Shown: positions 47,535-58,817, counted from the stretch's first letter. The stretch is 64,000 nucleotides of DNA from Chitinophagales bacterium (GCA_038225275.1 JBBREY010000001.1:2408-66407); one strand, 5' to 3'. The notes: a model not told the origin generated them from the letters alone. Program-made: numbers and translations.

Positions 47535-49238
47535 ATGCTCAGCGCAAAGAAAAAGAGTTTAATAATAACGGTACTTTGTTCATTATGTATACAAGCCTTT
47601 TCTCAATTGGGCGAAAACAAAAAGATATTTACACATGCTGATACATTGCGTGGTGGTAATGGAATTTTCCGGCAGCAGTGGAATGTTTTGCATTATGATA
47701 TTACTGTTGAGCCAGATTATTCCTCTAAAACTATTGAGGGAAAAAATACGATGCTGTTTTTTGATGAAGGAGCAAAAATGATGCAGATAGATTTGCAGGA
47801 ACCCATGATCTTAGACAGTGCAAAAGATATAGATACCAGTTATAAATTTAGGCGGGAAGGAAATGTTTATTGGCTGGAATATAGAGATACCAGTAGCAAT
47901 CTTTTCTATAAAGTAAAACCAGGCATTCGCTCTATTACATTTTATTTTCATGGTAAGCCCAGAGAAGCTATACGTCCACCTTGGGATGGTGGCTGGATTT
48001 GGAAAAAAGATAAAAATAACAATCCTTGGATGACGGTTGCTTGCCAAGGTCTGGGGGCCAGTGTCTGGTATCCTTGTAAGGATATTCAAAGTGATAAACC
48101 TGATAGTGGCGCAACCCTTCGCATGATCGTGCCTGATAGTTTGGTAGCGATTGGTAATGGCAGACTTACTGAAAAAACGCAATTACCCAACAGCAAAATG
48201 CTCTACACATATAGGGTAGTAAACCCCATCAATAACTATTGCATTATTCCATACATTGGTAAATATGTAAATTTTTCAGAGAAATTTCCTGGCCTGAATG
48301 GCAATTTAGATATGAATTATTGGGTGATGGATTACAACTTGGATAAAGCCAAAAAACAATTTATGGATGCACCCAAAATGATGAAGGCTTTTGAGTATTG
48401 GTTCGGCCCCTATCCTTTTTATGAAGATGGTTACCAGTTAATAGAGGCCCCACATTTAGGTATGGAGCATCAGAGTGCCGTGGCGTACGGTAATGGCTTT
48501 AAAATGGGTTATAGTGGCAGAGATTTATCTGGTACGGGCGAAGGTTTAAAATGGGATTTTATTATTGTGCACGAAAGTGGGCATGAATGGTTTGCAAATA
48601 GTATTTGCACAAAAGATATTGCAGATATGTGGGTACATGAAGGATTTACCAATTATAGCGAAACTTTATTTACTGAATTTTATTGGGGTAAGAAAGCCGG
48701 CGAAACATATGTGGAGGGAATCAGGAAAAACATTGAAAATGATATTCCAATAATAGGCCCTTATGGTGTTAACAAAGAAGGTAGTGGCGATATGTACTAC
48801 AAAGGAGGAAACATGATTCACCTCGTAAGGCAAATCACAAATAATGATGCAAAGTTTAGAAGTATGTTATTAGGCGTAAACAAAAAATTTTTCCATAAAA
48901 CTGTTACAACCAACGACATTGAAAAATACATAAGTTCCTTTCTTAGGCTTGATTTAAAAGGCATTTTTGATCAATATCTCCGCACGACAAAAATCCCTTT
49001 ACTTCAATATAAAATAACCGGAAAAAAAATTGAATACAGGTGGACAAACAACGTTGCCAATCTTGTTCTTCCTTTAAAGATTTCTTTAGGTAAAGCCGAT
49101 GGATCTGAGCAATGGATTAAACCGACGTCCAATTGGAAAATATTAAAAGTCAAAAATTGGTTTGACGGTAAAACGTTTGCTGTCAACAAAAATTTCTATG
49201 TTTTCACAAAAAATGAAACAGAAGAATTGATTAAATAG
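47535..49238 (+). CDS. M1 family aminopeptidase
   Basis: Signal peptide; GMEHQ, HESGHEWF..., MWVHEGF, YYKG. Confidence 0.92.
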   Translation: MLSAKKKSLIITVLCSLCIQAFSQLGENKKIFTHADTLRGGNGIFRQQWNVLHYDITVEPDYSSKTIEGKNTMLFFDEGAKMMQIDLQEPMILDSAKDIDTSYKFRREGNVYWLEYRDTSSNLFYKVKPGIRSITFYFHGKPREAIRPPWDGGWIWKKDKNNNPWMTVACQGLGASVWYPCKDIQSDKPDSGATLRMIVPDSLVAIGNGRLTEKTQLPNSKMLYTYRVVNPINNYCIIPYIGKYVNFSEKFPGLNGNLDMNYWVMDYNLDKAKKQFMDAPKMMKAFEYWFGPYPFYEDGYQLIEAPHLGMEHQSAVAYGNGFKMGYSGRDLSGTGEGLKWDFIIVHESGHEWFANSICTKDIADMWVHEGFTNYSETLFTEFYWGKKAGETYVEGIRKNIENDIPIIGPYGVNKEGSGDMYYKGGNMIHLVRQITNNDAKFRSMLLGVNKKFFHKTVTTNDIEKYISSFLRLDLKGIFDQYLRTTKIPLLQYKITGKKIEYRWTNNVANLVLPLKISLGKADGSEQWIKPTSNWKILKVKNWFDGKTFAVNKNFYVFTKNETEELIK

Positions 49239-49268
49239 TTTGGTGCTTTGTGTGATAAAATGATTGGT

Positions 49269-49310
49269 AAAAAAATACCCCCGAAAAATAATTTTGAGGG
49301 TATTTTTTTT
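49269..49310. terminator. Bidirectional terminator
   Basis: aaaaaaataccc-...-gggtatttttttt between convergent genes. Confidence 0.7.
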
Positions 49311-49322
49311 AAATCGTTGCTA

Positions 49323-49985
49323 TTAATTCATACAAGCGTAATGATCATTTTCAATTCGGCCACCACCTATAAATTTTCTTGAATAATAACTTTCGTCTAA
49401 GCTATTTATAGTAACACCTGCGCTGCTGCTCGAGTGTACAAAAAAACCGTCTCCTAAATAAACCCCCACGTGGCTAACGCCGCCTCTTGTATTAAAAAAT
49501 ACAAGATCACCCTCAAGCATATCATCTTTCTTTAACTTAGAACAGATTGAATACTGCTGTTTTGCTGTGCGGGGCAAAGCAAAACCGAATACCGACCCCA
49601 TTAACAAACCTGTAAAACTGCTGCAGTCGATACCTTTTTTTGTTGTACCCCCAAAGCGGTACCTTGTACCCCACCAATCATCTATAAATCCAATTAAAGA
49701 AGTATTGGTAACAAGCTCTACATTTCTGTTAAGTAGTTGGGCGTATTTAAACTGCAAGCTGCTGCAAAACTCAGTAGCCATTCCCACCGGCTTCATCATT
49801 TTTTTTGCAAATGATGCTACGGATGCTTTAAAACCTGTGGGTTTAATTTCAGAAGGCAAATAAACCATCCCTTCCCCTGACACATTAAAATCATTTATAG
49901 AATTGATTTTTCTTTGTGCAGATGTTTGTAACGAAGTAACTGTAAAAACGCTTAGCGCAACAGAAACAAACAGTAAGTTTTTCAT
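49323..49985 (-). CDS. NlpC/P60 (C40) peptidoglycan endopeptidase, MepS/Spr-like
   Basis: GTRYRFGG..KGIDCSSF, LPRTA, GDLVFF, HVGVY, FVHSS. Confidence 0.92.
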   Translation of the reverse strand: MKNLLFVSVALSVFTVTSLQTSAQRKINSINDFNVSGEGMVYLPSEIKPTGFKASVASFAKKMMKPVGMATEFCSSLQFKYAQLLNRNVELVTNTSLIGFIDDWWGTRYRFGGTTKKGIDCSSFTGLLMGSVFGFALPRTAKQQYSICSKLKKDDMLEGDLVFFNTRGGVSHVGVYLGDGFFVHSSSSAGVTINSLDESYYSRKFIGGGRIENDHYACMN

Positions 49986-50317
49986 ACGTAAAATATGGGT
50001 TTACACGTATAAGACTCTCTCTTTTGTTATTTGTGCTTCTATAATTCTTTGCTTATCTATTCTTTAAATCCTGTCTTAAAATCTTGTCCTACAACAATTA
50101 ATAATTAAATTTCTTTGTCTCGAAGCGCAAACTTAGGGGTAAAATGTCACACATACAAATACAGCGGGGAAAAATATACTCATTTTAAAGTTGTTGGCAT
50201 AATGTTAACAGATATTTTTTTACTCCCATATTTAACGTCTTGTGTGCAAAAACGATTCATTCTATCGTTCCTTAAAAGTCGATCTTTGTATTTTTCTCAA
50301 CTGTTTTAAGGCGCTCT

Positions 50318-53300
50318 ATGAATTTTTCTCACTTACACGTACATACCCAATTTTCGTTACTTGACGGAGCAGCCTCTATAAAAAATCTTTATAAAAAGGC
50401 TATAGCAGATGGAATGCCTGCGATTGCGATAAGTGACCACGGTAATATGTTCGGGGCTTTTGAATTTGTAAAAGAAGCCTATAAACATAAAAATGACGAT
50501 GGCTCTTTAAAAGTAAAGCCTATTGTAGGTTGCGAATTCTACATAACCACCGACAGAACTAGAAAGACATTCAGCAAAGAAGAAAGAGACCCTCGCAATC
50601 ATCAGATATTACTTGCAAAAAATGATGTAGGTTATAAAAATTTAGTAAAACTAACATCGCTCGGTTATATAGAAGGGATGTACAGTAAATATCCAAGAAT
50701 TGATAAAGAACTCATTCATAAATACCACGAAGGCCTCATAGCAACCACATGTTGCCTTGGTGCACTAGTGCCACAAACTATTTTAAAAAAGGGTGAAGCA
50801 GAAGGTGAAAATGAATTTAAATGGTGGCTCAATATTTTTCAGGAAGACTATTATGTTGAGTTACAAAGGCATGGAATTCCCGATCAAGATAAAGTAAACG
50901 CTGTACTATTAAAATTTGCAAAGAAGTACAATGTAAAAGTTATTGCCAGCAACGACAGCCATTATGTAGAGCAGGAAGATTTTAATGCGCACGACATTTT
51001 ACTTTGCATCAATACTGGCGAAAAACAAACTACACCTGCATCTCGGGAACATGGAGATGATGATTTATCTTCCAAGGGTAAGCGATTCGCTTTTCCGAAC
51101 GACCAGTTCTTTTTAAAGTCGCAAAAGCAGATGATTGACGTGTTTCATGATCTGCCTGAAGCCATCGATAATACAAATGAGATTGTAAGTAAAATAGATT
51201 TGCTGGATCTTAAGAGAGATATACTTCTACCCCATTTTACAGTACCTGCTAACTTTAAAAGCCAGGATGAATACCTGGAAAATCTTACGTGGACAGGTGC
51301 AAAAAACCGTTATCAGATACTTACACCAACGACAGAAGAAAGGATACAGTTTGAATTAGGCGTCATCAGAGAAATGGGATTTGCCGGTTACTTTTTAATT
51401 GTGAGCGATTTTATTAGAGCGGGTAGAGAAATTGGTGTTTTTATTGGTCCGGGCAGAGGTTCTGCCGCAGGTAGTGTTGTGGCGTATTGTATTGGCATAA
51501 CCAATATTGACCCAATAAAATACAACCTGCTTTTTGAGCGGTTTTTAAACCCCGAGCGTAAATCAATGCCGGATATAGATACCGATTTTGATGATGAAGG
51601 AAGACAGAAAGTGATAGATTATGTGGTAGATAAATATGGTAAAAATCAGGTAGCTCAAATTATTACTTACGGCACGATGGCTGCCAAAAGTAGCATTGCT
51701 GATGTTGCTAGGGTAATGGACTTGCCACTACAACAAAGCCGTGCATTATCGGGTTTGGTACCTGAAAGGCCAGGTATGAATTTAAAGCGATTACTTACAG
51801 CTCCTATCACCACAAAAGAAGCTGCAAAAGGTGGAGAAAAATCTTTAGAAGAAAAGGAACAACTTCAACCGGATGATGTTGAAAAAATAAAAAAACTAAG
51901 AGAATTTTACAATGGAACAGATGAGTTGGCAAAAGTGCTGCACGAAGCTGAAAAGCTAGAAGGTTCCGTTCGCAATACAGGCATACATGCATCAGCAATT
52001 ATCATTGCACCAAAAGATCTTACTGAATTATTGCCAGTAGCCACCTCCAAAGAATCTGAGTTGTGGCTTACTCAAATTGAAGGAAATTCAATTGAAGAAG
52101 CTGGTGTAATTAAAATGGATTTTCTTGGTTTAAAGACACTGAGTATTTTAAAAACTGCTTTGGCACTTATAAAACAGCACCATGGCGTGACAATAGAAAT
52201 TGACAATATTTCGCTCGAAGATGAAAAGACTTATAATCTTTACAGGCAAGCAGATACCAATGCAACTTTTCAGTTTGAAAGCCCCGGTATGCAAAAGTAT
52301 TTACGGGAATTAAAACCTGATAAATTTGGCGACCTCATTGCCATGAATGCACTGTACCGACCGGGACCGATGGCTTATATACCAAACTTTATTGCCCGCA
52401 AAAATGGCAAGCAAGAAGTTACCTATGACTTGCCTGAAATGCAGGAACATCTGGAGGAGACTTATGGTATTACAGTATATCAAGAACAGGTGATGCTACT
52501 CTCTCAAAAGCTCGGTGGATTCTCTAAAGGGCAGGCTGATATTTTGCGAAAAGCAATGGGTAAAAAAGACAGGAAAACGCTTGACAAAATGAAAGGCGAT
52601 TTTATAAACGGTGCTACAGCAAAAGGTCATCCCGAAAAAACTCTTGAAAAAATATGGACAGACTGGGAAGCATTTGCGCAGTATGCATTTAACAAATCTC
52701 ACTCCGTTTGCTATGCATTTGTAGCATACCAAACAGGCTATTTAAAAGCCCACTACCCGGCAGAATATATGGCAGCTGTTCTAAACCATGCAGGCAGTAT
52801 TGAAAAAATAACATTCAATATGGAAGAGTGTAAAAGAATGGGGTTAAAGGTATTGGGCCCAGATATTAATGAATCGAACAATGGCTTTGCAGTTAATGAA
52901 GCTGGAGAAATACGATTCGGTTTTAGCGGTATGAAAGGAGTTGGGGAAAATGCCATAGAAAATATTGTAGAAGAGCGTCAAAAGCATGGAAAATATAAAG
53001 ATGTTTTTGATGTGGTGAGGCGAGTTAATTTAAGAGCAGTCAGCAAAAAAACCCTTGAGAGTTTAATTCACAGCGGTGCTTTTGATTGTTTTAAAGACAT
53101 GCACAGGGCTCAGTATTTTTTTACTGCCCCGGGCGATGTGGCTTCGTTAGATAAAATTGTAAAATTTGGCTCTGTTTTTCAGTCACAGGCTGCAGGCTCA
53201 GCCAATACACTCTTTGGCGATTTGCAAATGCCGGATATTGTACCACCAAAACTTGCACAATGCGCCCCATGGCAACTTGTAGAAAAACTGAACTTCGAAA

Positions 53301-53938
53301 AAGATGTTACAGGAATGTATATGAGTGGGCACCCGCTAGATGATTTTAAATTTGAATTAACACACTATGGTATTAGTCCACTTGGAGAATTTTTAGAAAT
53401 AAAAAACGCAGTAGATGTTATTCCACCTTCTAGGGTATTTAGGCTAGCAGGTCTTGTAACAGAGGGCCAACATAGGGTTACAAAGACCGGAAAAAACTTT
53501 GGCATTATGCACATTGAGGACTTTAGTGGCAAATGCGATTTTGCAATGTTTAGCGAAGACTATGTAAAATTTAGTAAATACTTAGAAAAAGGTACCATCG
53601 TATTGTTGGAAGGTGGCTTCAAGCAACGGTATAATAGTGATAATTATGAGTTTAAAATAAACAAACTTCATTTATTGGAAACTGTAAAATCTACATTGAC
53701 TAAAGAAGTAAAAATAGAGATTCAGCCGGAGGATATTAAGAAAGAAATGATTGATTTTCTTGAAACAAATGTAAAAGAACACCCCGGGAAAACCACCTTA
53801 AAATTCGTGATAAAAGATTTTGAAGACAAGTTAAAAATAGGATTATATACACTTGAAAAAAGTTTTACAATGAATGATGATATGGCTTTTTATCTTAATA
53901 AAAGAAATGATATTGGCGTAAGTGTACTGACAGCCTAG
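50318..53938 (+). CDS. dnaE: DNA polymerase III alpha subunit
   Basis: HLHVHTQFSLLDG PHP domain, GPGRGSAAGS, MPDIDTDF, KMDFLGL, YAFNKSH. Confidence 0.97.
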   Translation: MNFSHLHVHTQFSLLDGAASIKNLYKKAIADGMPAIAISDHGNMFGAFEFVKEAYKHKNDDGSLKVKPIVGCEFYITTDRTRKTFSKEERDPRNHQILLAKNDVGYKNLVKLTSLGYIEGMYSKYPRIDKELIHKYHEGLIATTCCLGALVPQTILKKGEAEGENEFKWWLNIFQEDYYVELQRHGIPDQDKVNAVLLKFAKKYNVKVIASNDSHYVEQEDFNAHDILLCINTGEKQTTPASREHGDDDLSSKGKRFAFPNDQFFLKSQKQMIDVFHDLPEAIDNTNEIVSKIDLLDLKRDILLPHFTVPANFKSQDEYLENLTWTGAKNRYQILTPTTEERIQFELGVIREMGFAGYFLIVSDFIRAGREIGVFIGPGRGSAAGSVVAYCIGITNIDPIKYNLLFERFLNPERKSMPDIDTDFDDEGRQKVIDYVVDKYGKNQVAQIITYGTMAAKSSIADVARVMDLPLQQSRALSGLVPERPGMNLKRLLTAPITTKEAAKGGEKSLEEKEQLQPDDVEKIKKLREFYNGTDELAKVLHEAEKLEGSVRNTGIHASAIIIAPKDLTELLPVATSKESELWLTQIEGNSIEEAGVIKMDFLGLKTLSILKTALALIKQHHGVTIEIDNISLEDEKTYNLYRQADTNATFQFESPGMQKYLRELKPDKFGDLIAMNALYRPGPMAYIPNFIARKNGKQEVTYDLPEMQEHLEETYGITVYQEQVMLLSQKLGGFSKGQADILRKAMGKKDRKTLDKMKGDFINGATAKGHPEKTLEKIWTDWEAFAQYAFNKSHSVCYAFVAYQTGYLKAHYPAEYMAAVLNHAGSIEKITFNMEECKRMGLKVLGPDINESNNGFAVNEAGEIRFGFSGMKGVGENAIENIVEERQKHGKYKDVFDVVRRVNLRAVSKKTLESLIHSGAFDCFKDMHRAQYFFTAPGDVASLDKIVKFGSVFQSQAAGSANTLFGDLQMPDIVPPKLAQCAPWQLVEKLNFEKDVTGMYMSGHPLDDFKFELTHYGISPLGEFLEIKNAVDVIPPSRVFRLAGLVTEGQHRVTKTGKNFGIMHIEDFSGKCDFAMFSEDYVKFSKYLEKGTIVLLEGGFKQRYNSDNYEFKINKLHLLETVKSTLTKEVKIEIQPEDIKKEMIDFLETNVKEHPGKTTLKFVIKDFEDKLKIGLYTLEKSFTMNDDMAFYLNKRNDIGVSVLTA

Positions 53939-54079
53939 CAGAAATTATAATCAATTATGTTTATCCTCCTATTGTGGATATGTCATTTGTACTTAAAAAA
54001 AATAATGGTTATAGATTTGTACTAAATTTCGAAAACCAGCAAGAACTTCTTGCTAAATAACAAACTTAAATTTTATATT

Positions 54080-54397
54080 ATGGCATTGGAATTCACAGAT
54101 TCAAACTTTAAAACAGAAGTACTTGATTCAGATAAATTAACCGTGGTAGATTTTTGGGCAGAATGGTGCGGCCCTTGTAGAGCTATAGGACCTGTAATTG
54201 CAGAACTTGCAAAAGAATACGAAGGCGTTATCAATGTAGGTAAATTAAACGTAGATCAAAATCCGCAGATATCTACTAATTATGGCATAACAAGTATTCC
54301 CGCAATTCTTTTCTTAAAAAATGGTGAAGTTGTAGATAAATTAGTTGGTGCACAACCTAAAGCTAATTTTGTAAAAAAGATTGAAGCTTTAAAATAA
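54080..54397 (+). CDS. trxA: Thioredoxin
   Basis: VDFWAEWCGPC, SIP; start MALEFTD. Confidence 0.95.
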   Translation: MALEFTDSNFKTEVLDSDKLTVVDFWAEWCGPCRAIGPVIAELAKEYEGVINVGKLNVDQNPQISTNYGITSIPAILFLKNGEVVDKLVGAQPKANFVKKIEALK

Positions 54398-54411
54398 TTT
54401 TTTTGCAGAAA

Positions 54412-54451
54412 AATAAAAAACGCCGCCTTTAACAAAGCGGCGTTTTTTATT
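54412..54451. terminator. Bidirectional terminator
   Basis: aataaaaaacgccgc-...-gcggcgttttttatt. Confidence 0.85.
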
Positions 54452-55718
54452 AATGTTTCACTACCAGCACCTCTTCTTCGGCATGTTTGTACCTAAATAT
54501 AAGCAGAAACAAGACCAATATAATTCCAGCATAGCCTGCAAAACTGAACCAGATGCTTTGCCAATCTTTTACGCTCACATTGTTCGTAGTAATAGTAAAA
54601 TAATCTACAATTTTCCCGGCAAACAAACCGCCAAATATTGCACCTAAGCCATTCGTCATCAACATAAATAAACCTTGTGCGCTAGATCTTATTTTACTGT
54701 CCGTTTGTTTTTCCACATATAAAGAACCAGATATGTTGAAAAAATCAAAAGCCATTCCGTAAACTATCATTGACATGATGAGGAAGACGAAGCCTGAACC
54801 AGGATTACCGATTCCAAACAAAGCAAATCGCAACACCCACGCAGCTAAACTGATGAGCATCACTTTCTTAATGCCATAACGTTTCAATACAAAAGGAATT
54901 GTAAGTATAAATAAGGTCTCAGAAATTTGCGAAAGCGAAATCATAATATTTGAATGCTTTACTGCAAAAGCATTTTTATATGCATCAACAGTTCCAAAGT
55001 CCAGTAAAAAAGAGGTACCAAACATGTTTGTTATTTGTAGTGCTGCTCCTATAAGCATAGCAAATAAAAAGAAGATGGCCATCTTTTTATCTTTAAATAA
55101 CACAAAGGCATCCAATCCCAATATTTGAGAAAGACTCTTTTTTTCCGTGCTTTTATTTATGTCACAAGCCGGTAAAGTAAAACAAAACATAGCTGTAGCA
55201 ACTTCCGCCACCGCGGCAAAATTAAATTGTTTGTTATTACCTGTCCAACCCAGCAAGTCAACCAGCCACTCTGCAACAATAAAACCAACGGTACCCCAAA
55301 CTCTAATAGGAGCAAAACTTTTTTGAACATCAAAATTATTTTTAGTGAGTAAAGTGTAAGAAACAGAATTACTCAAAGCAATTGTTGGCATGTAAAAACA
55401 ACTGGTAAAAAATATGGCATAATACAAGTCGTTTGCATTTGTAAGTGTGCCGGCATAATATAAACATACACCTGCCAGCAAATGGCATATGCCCAAAACG
55501 ATCTCTGCACGCAAATATTTATCGGCAATAATACCCATAAGCGCAGGCATAAATAAGCTGGCCCAACCCATTGTGCCATAAGTCGCTCCTACAAGACTTC
55601 CTCTTACACTCATATCACCGGGTAAAGTAAACATGTATCCGCCAAGTGAAATCAACCAAATACCCCAAACAAAAAATTGAAGAAAATTCATTGTGGTCAG
55701 CCGAAAATTTAAACTCAT
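54450..55718 (-). CDS. MFS nucleoside:H+ symporter (NupG/XapB-like)
   Basis: NFLQFFVWG.W, IRVWGTVGF, SQISE, FDFFNISG, AQGLF. Confidence 0.88.
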   Translation of the reverse strand: MSLNFRLTTMNFLQFFVWGIWLISLGGYMFTLPGDMSVRGSLVGATYGTMGWASLFMPALMGIIADKYLRAEIVLGICHLLAGVCLYYAGTLTNANDLYYAIFFTSCFYMPTIALSNSVSYTLLTKNNFDVQKSFAPIRVWGTVGFIVAEWLVDLLGWTGNNKQFNFAAVAEVATAMFCFTLPACDINKSTEKKSLSQILGLDAFVLFKDKKMAIFFLFAMLIGAALQITNMFGTSFLLDFGTVDAYKNAFAVKHSNIMISLSQISETLFILTIPFVLKRYGIKKVMLISLAAWVLRFALFGIGNPGSGFVFLIMSMIVYGMAFDFFNISGSLYVEKQTDSKIRSSAQGLFMLMTNGLGAIFGGLFAGKIVDYFTITTNNVSVKDWQSIWFSFAGYAGIILVLFLLIFRYKHAEEEVLVVKH

Positions 55719-55910
55719 TTTTTTTATTTTACAGGAGTGAGATTTGGTTATTGAATTCGTAAGATATCAAATAATTATTTGCTTCAAATAAAAGATTTCC
55801 CACAACAAAATCATTCATTTTTATTGGTTTAATTCCCATTTAAGCAAGCATAAAGCTTCATAATAAATAACTAAGACATTATGTTTCGTAAATTTGCAAA
55901 AATTAAAAAG

Positions 55911-57050
55911 ATGAGCGTTTCAATAGATAGTGTTATAAATTTTACTGCCAATACTGATTTAAAAAATATTGCCATAAAAGTGAAAGAAGGTAAAAGAATT
56001 TCAGATGAAGAATGCCAAATTCTTTTTGAAAAAGCTGATCTCCCTTTTGTAGGCATATTGGCAAACTTTATCCGTGAAAAATTGCACGGTGATACGACGT
56101 ATTTTAATAGGAATTTTCACATAGAACCAACAAATGTTTGCGTTTTCAGTTGCAAATTTTGTTCTTATTCAAGATTGTATGCCAATAAGGACGAAGGGTG
56201 GGAATTGAGCATAGATCAAATGCTCGATATTGTAAAAAGTTATGATGGTAAACCCATAACAGAGGTTCATATAGTGGGTGGCGTGCATCCAAAAATGAAC
56301 ATGGCATATTTTATAGAACTTATACAAAAAATACATGCGCACAGACCAGACCTCCACGTAAAAGGTTTTACCGCTGTAGAATTAGACTATATGTTTCGTA
56401 AAGCAAAGCTTTCAGTAGAGGAAGGAATGCAGGCACTCAAAGATGCCGGATTGCAATCTTTACCGGGCGGTGGTGCGGAAATTTTTCATGAGGATATTAG
56501 AAAAGAAATTGCAGGGGATAAAGTTACCGGAGAGGGATGGTTGCATATACATGAAGTTGCGCATAGCTTGGGTATGCACAGCAATGCAACAATGTTATAC
56601 GGGCATATTGAAAAATATGAACACAGAATTGACCACATGCGCAAACTGAGAGATTTACAGGATAAAACACATGGCTTTAATACTTTCATACCACTAAAAT
56701 TTAGGAACAGCAACAACGATATGAGCTATGTTGCAGAAAGCACCGTTACAGAAGATATGCGCATGTATGCAATTGCCAGAATCTACCTGGATAATTTTGC
56801 TCACTTAAAGGCATACTGGCCAATGCTTGGCAGGCAAAATGCTCAACTCACCCTGTCTTTCGGCGTGAATGACATTGATGGAACAATTGACGATACAACA
56901 AAAATATACAGCATGGCAGGCAGCGAGGAACAAACTCCTACCATGACGACTGAAGACCTTGTAACACTTATTAGTCAAGTAAAAAGAAAGCCAATTGAAA
57001 GAGATACATTATACAACCAAATAAAAGATTTTAGTATTAATCTCAACTAG
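55911..57050 (+). CDS. mqnE: Aminofutalosine synthase (radical SAM, futalosine menaquinone pathway)
   Basis: TNVCVFSCKFC (CxxxCxxC), EVHIVGG.HP, PGGGAEIF, NATMLYGHIE, HLKAYW, IYSMAG. Confidence 0.85.
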   Translation: MSVSIDSVINFTANTDLKNIAIKVKEGKRISDEECQILFEKADLPFVGILANFIREKLHGDTTYFNRNFHIEPTNVCVFSCKFCSYSRLYANKDEGWELSIDQMLDIVKSYDGKPITEVHIVGGVHPKMNMAYFIELIQKIHAHRPDLHVKGFTAVELDYMFRKAKLSVEEGMQALKDAGLQSLPGGGAEIFHEDIRKEIAGDKVTGEGWLHIHEVAHSLGMHSNATMLYGHIEKYEHRIDHMRKLRDLQDKTHGFNTFIPLKFRNSNNDMSYVAESTVTEDMRMYAIARIYLDNFAHLKAYWPMLGRQNAQLTLSFGVNDIDGTIDDTTKIYSMAGSEEQTPTMTTEDLVTLISQVKRKPIERDTLYNQIKDFSINLN

Positions 57051-57071
57051 GCAGGAGCTCAATTAAAAAAA

Positions 57072-57125
57072 TTATCAAATTAAAAAACCCATTCAAATAA
57101 ATGAATGGGTTTTTTAATTTGATAA
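57072..57125. terminator. Bidirectional terminator with perfect 24-bp arms
   Basis: TTATCAAATTAAAAAACCCATTCA-aataaa-TGAATGGGTTTTTTAATTTGATAA. Confidence 0.85.
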
Positions 57126-57136
57126 CGTTTATAGTA

Positions 57137-58480
57137 TTAGAAATTTCTAACTGTCATTTCTGTTCTTCTATTTTTTGCACGACCTGCAGCCGTTGCATTA
57201 TCAGCTACTGGTTTTGTTTCACCGTATCCTGCAGATTTCAAACGTGTTTCTGAAACTCCTTTTGATACAAGATAATTTTTAACAGCACCTGCACGGTTGT
57301 CTGAAAGAACTTGGTTGCTTTCGTCAGATCCTTGTGCATCAGTATGGCCATCAATATCTATCATCAAGGTCTCATCATCCCTCATAAGTTTTACAACTTC
57401 ATCCAAAGATTTAAATGATTTAGGCAATAATTTAAAACTACCAGTAGAGAAGAATACATTCTTTGCAGCGAAGTTGATTTTCTCTATTACTTCTTTTGCT
57501 ATAACTGGGCAACCTTGGTTACTTGCAGGTCCTACACGTGTAGGACATTTATCTTCTTCATCATTTATACCATCACCATCAGTATCAGGTATAGGGCAAC
57601 CTTGGTAACGTGCAAATCCTTTAACTGTAGGGCATTTATCTAATTCGTCGTTTATACCATCACCATCAGTATCAGGTATAGGGCAACCTTGGTATTTCGC
57701 TAAACCTGCAACATCAGGACATTTATCTTCAGCATCTGTTATACCATCGCCGTCTCTATCAGGACAACCCTGTAAAGTTACTAAACCAGCAACGTCAGGG
57801 CATTTATCGTCAGCATCCAATACCCCATCTCCATCACGATCTAATACAACAGGCGGAGGCGGAGGAGCCATTACCATCTTCTTTTCTTTGGAAAAGTTTT
57901 GAGCTATTCCAAATGAATAACCAATAGCATCTTTTAAAACATCTTTGGTTAATGCAAAACGGTATTTTGACTCAAGTAATAAGTAGGTACTGCTTTTAAG
58001 ATTTACCTGAATACCAACACCTGCAGGTACATAAGCACCATAGTCTTGAGAATAACGACCACCGCCAATTCCGACTGAAAGGAAAGGCGCAATAAGGTGA
58101 TTATCACCGTAGGGACGAATGTTTAATGAAGGCTCCAATTCTACTGCATATTGATTTTCGTTTCTCGTTGTCGTTCTGTTTGACGCTGCAGAAGAAAAAT
58201 CATCCATAGAAAAAGCAGCTTTTGTGCTAAAATCTATTGTCTTTGTAAGCCCTTTCCAATAGGATATTGCCATACCGATATCCATTTTACGCAAATCAGT
58301 ATTTAAATTAAATTTATTGTTGTTTTTAAGAGTTACCGGAGTAAACACATCTAATGCTGTAATATGTATTCCAAATAGATTTCCTTTTTTTGAGGAAGAA
58401 TATTTACTGTTCATCATTTGCGCAGAAGCACAGGCAACTACCACAAGAAATGACAGTAATAGCGTAAGTTTTTTTTTCAT
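57137..58480 (-). CDS. OmpA family outer-membrane protein with thrombospondin type 3-like Ca-binding repeats
   Basis: Signal peptide, beta-barrel-like N-domain, Pro linker, four D.DGDG..D..DKCP repeats, GHTD..LS..RA..GYGE..NRR. Confidence 0.92.
   Translation of the reverse strand: MKKKLTLLLSFLVVVACASAQMMNSKYSSSKKGNLFGIHITALDVFTPVTLKNNNKFNLNTDLRKMDIGMAISYWKGLTKTIDFSTKAAFSMDDFSSAASNRTTTRNENQYAVELEPSLNIRPYGDNHLIAPFLSVGIGGGRYSQDYGAYVPAGVGIQVNLKSSTYLLLESKYRFALTKDVLKDAIGYSFGIAQNFSKEKKMVMAPPPPPVVLDRDGDGVLDADDKCPDVAGLVTLQGCPDRDGDGITDAEDKCPDVAGLAKYQGCPIPDTDGDGINDELDKCPTVKGFARYQGCPIPDTDGDGINDEEDKCPTRVGPASNQGCPVIAKEVIEKINFAAKNVFFSTGSFKLLPKSFKSLDEVVKLMRDDETLMIDIDGHTDAQGSDESNQVLSDNRAGAVKNYLVSKGVSETRLKSAGYGETKPVADNATAAGRAKNRRTEMTVRNF
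57564..57694. repeat. Identical 44-bp direct repeat (period 87 nt) inside the OmpA TSP3 region
   Basis: tttataccatcaccatcagtatcaggtatagggcaaccttggta at 57564-57607 and 57651-57694. Confidence 0.85.
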
Positions 58481-58705
58481 AAATGTTGATTTTTAATTTA
58501 ACGGGTTAAATTATTAAAATTTTCCTAACTAAGATGATAGGTTTAGTGCGCAAATGTAACTTGTATCTAGCTACTTGTCAAGAATTTTTAACAATTAAAT
58601 AAATAAAAGGTTGTTTAAATTGAATGATTAATGGTAAGATAAAAATTATGCCAAACATGCTGCATGCCAATATCTATTTTTTTTAGTTTAGAAAAAATAA
58701 TCTTC

Positions 58706-58713
58706 TATATTTG
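58706..58713 (+). promoter_or_regulatory. Bacteroidota housekeeping -7 promoter element for tRNA-Arg
   Basis: TATATTTG matches TAnnTTTG, 19 nt upstream of the tRNA. Confidence 0.65.
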
Positions 58714-58732
58714 CAGCCCGAATTAAAGTTGA

Positions 58733-58806
<74 letters not shown>

Positions 58807-58817
58807 CATATTTATTT

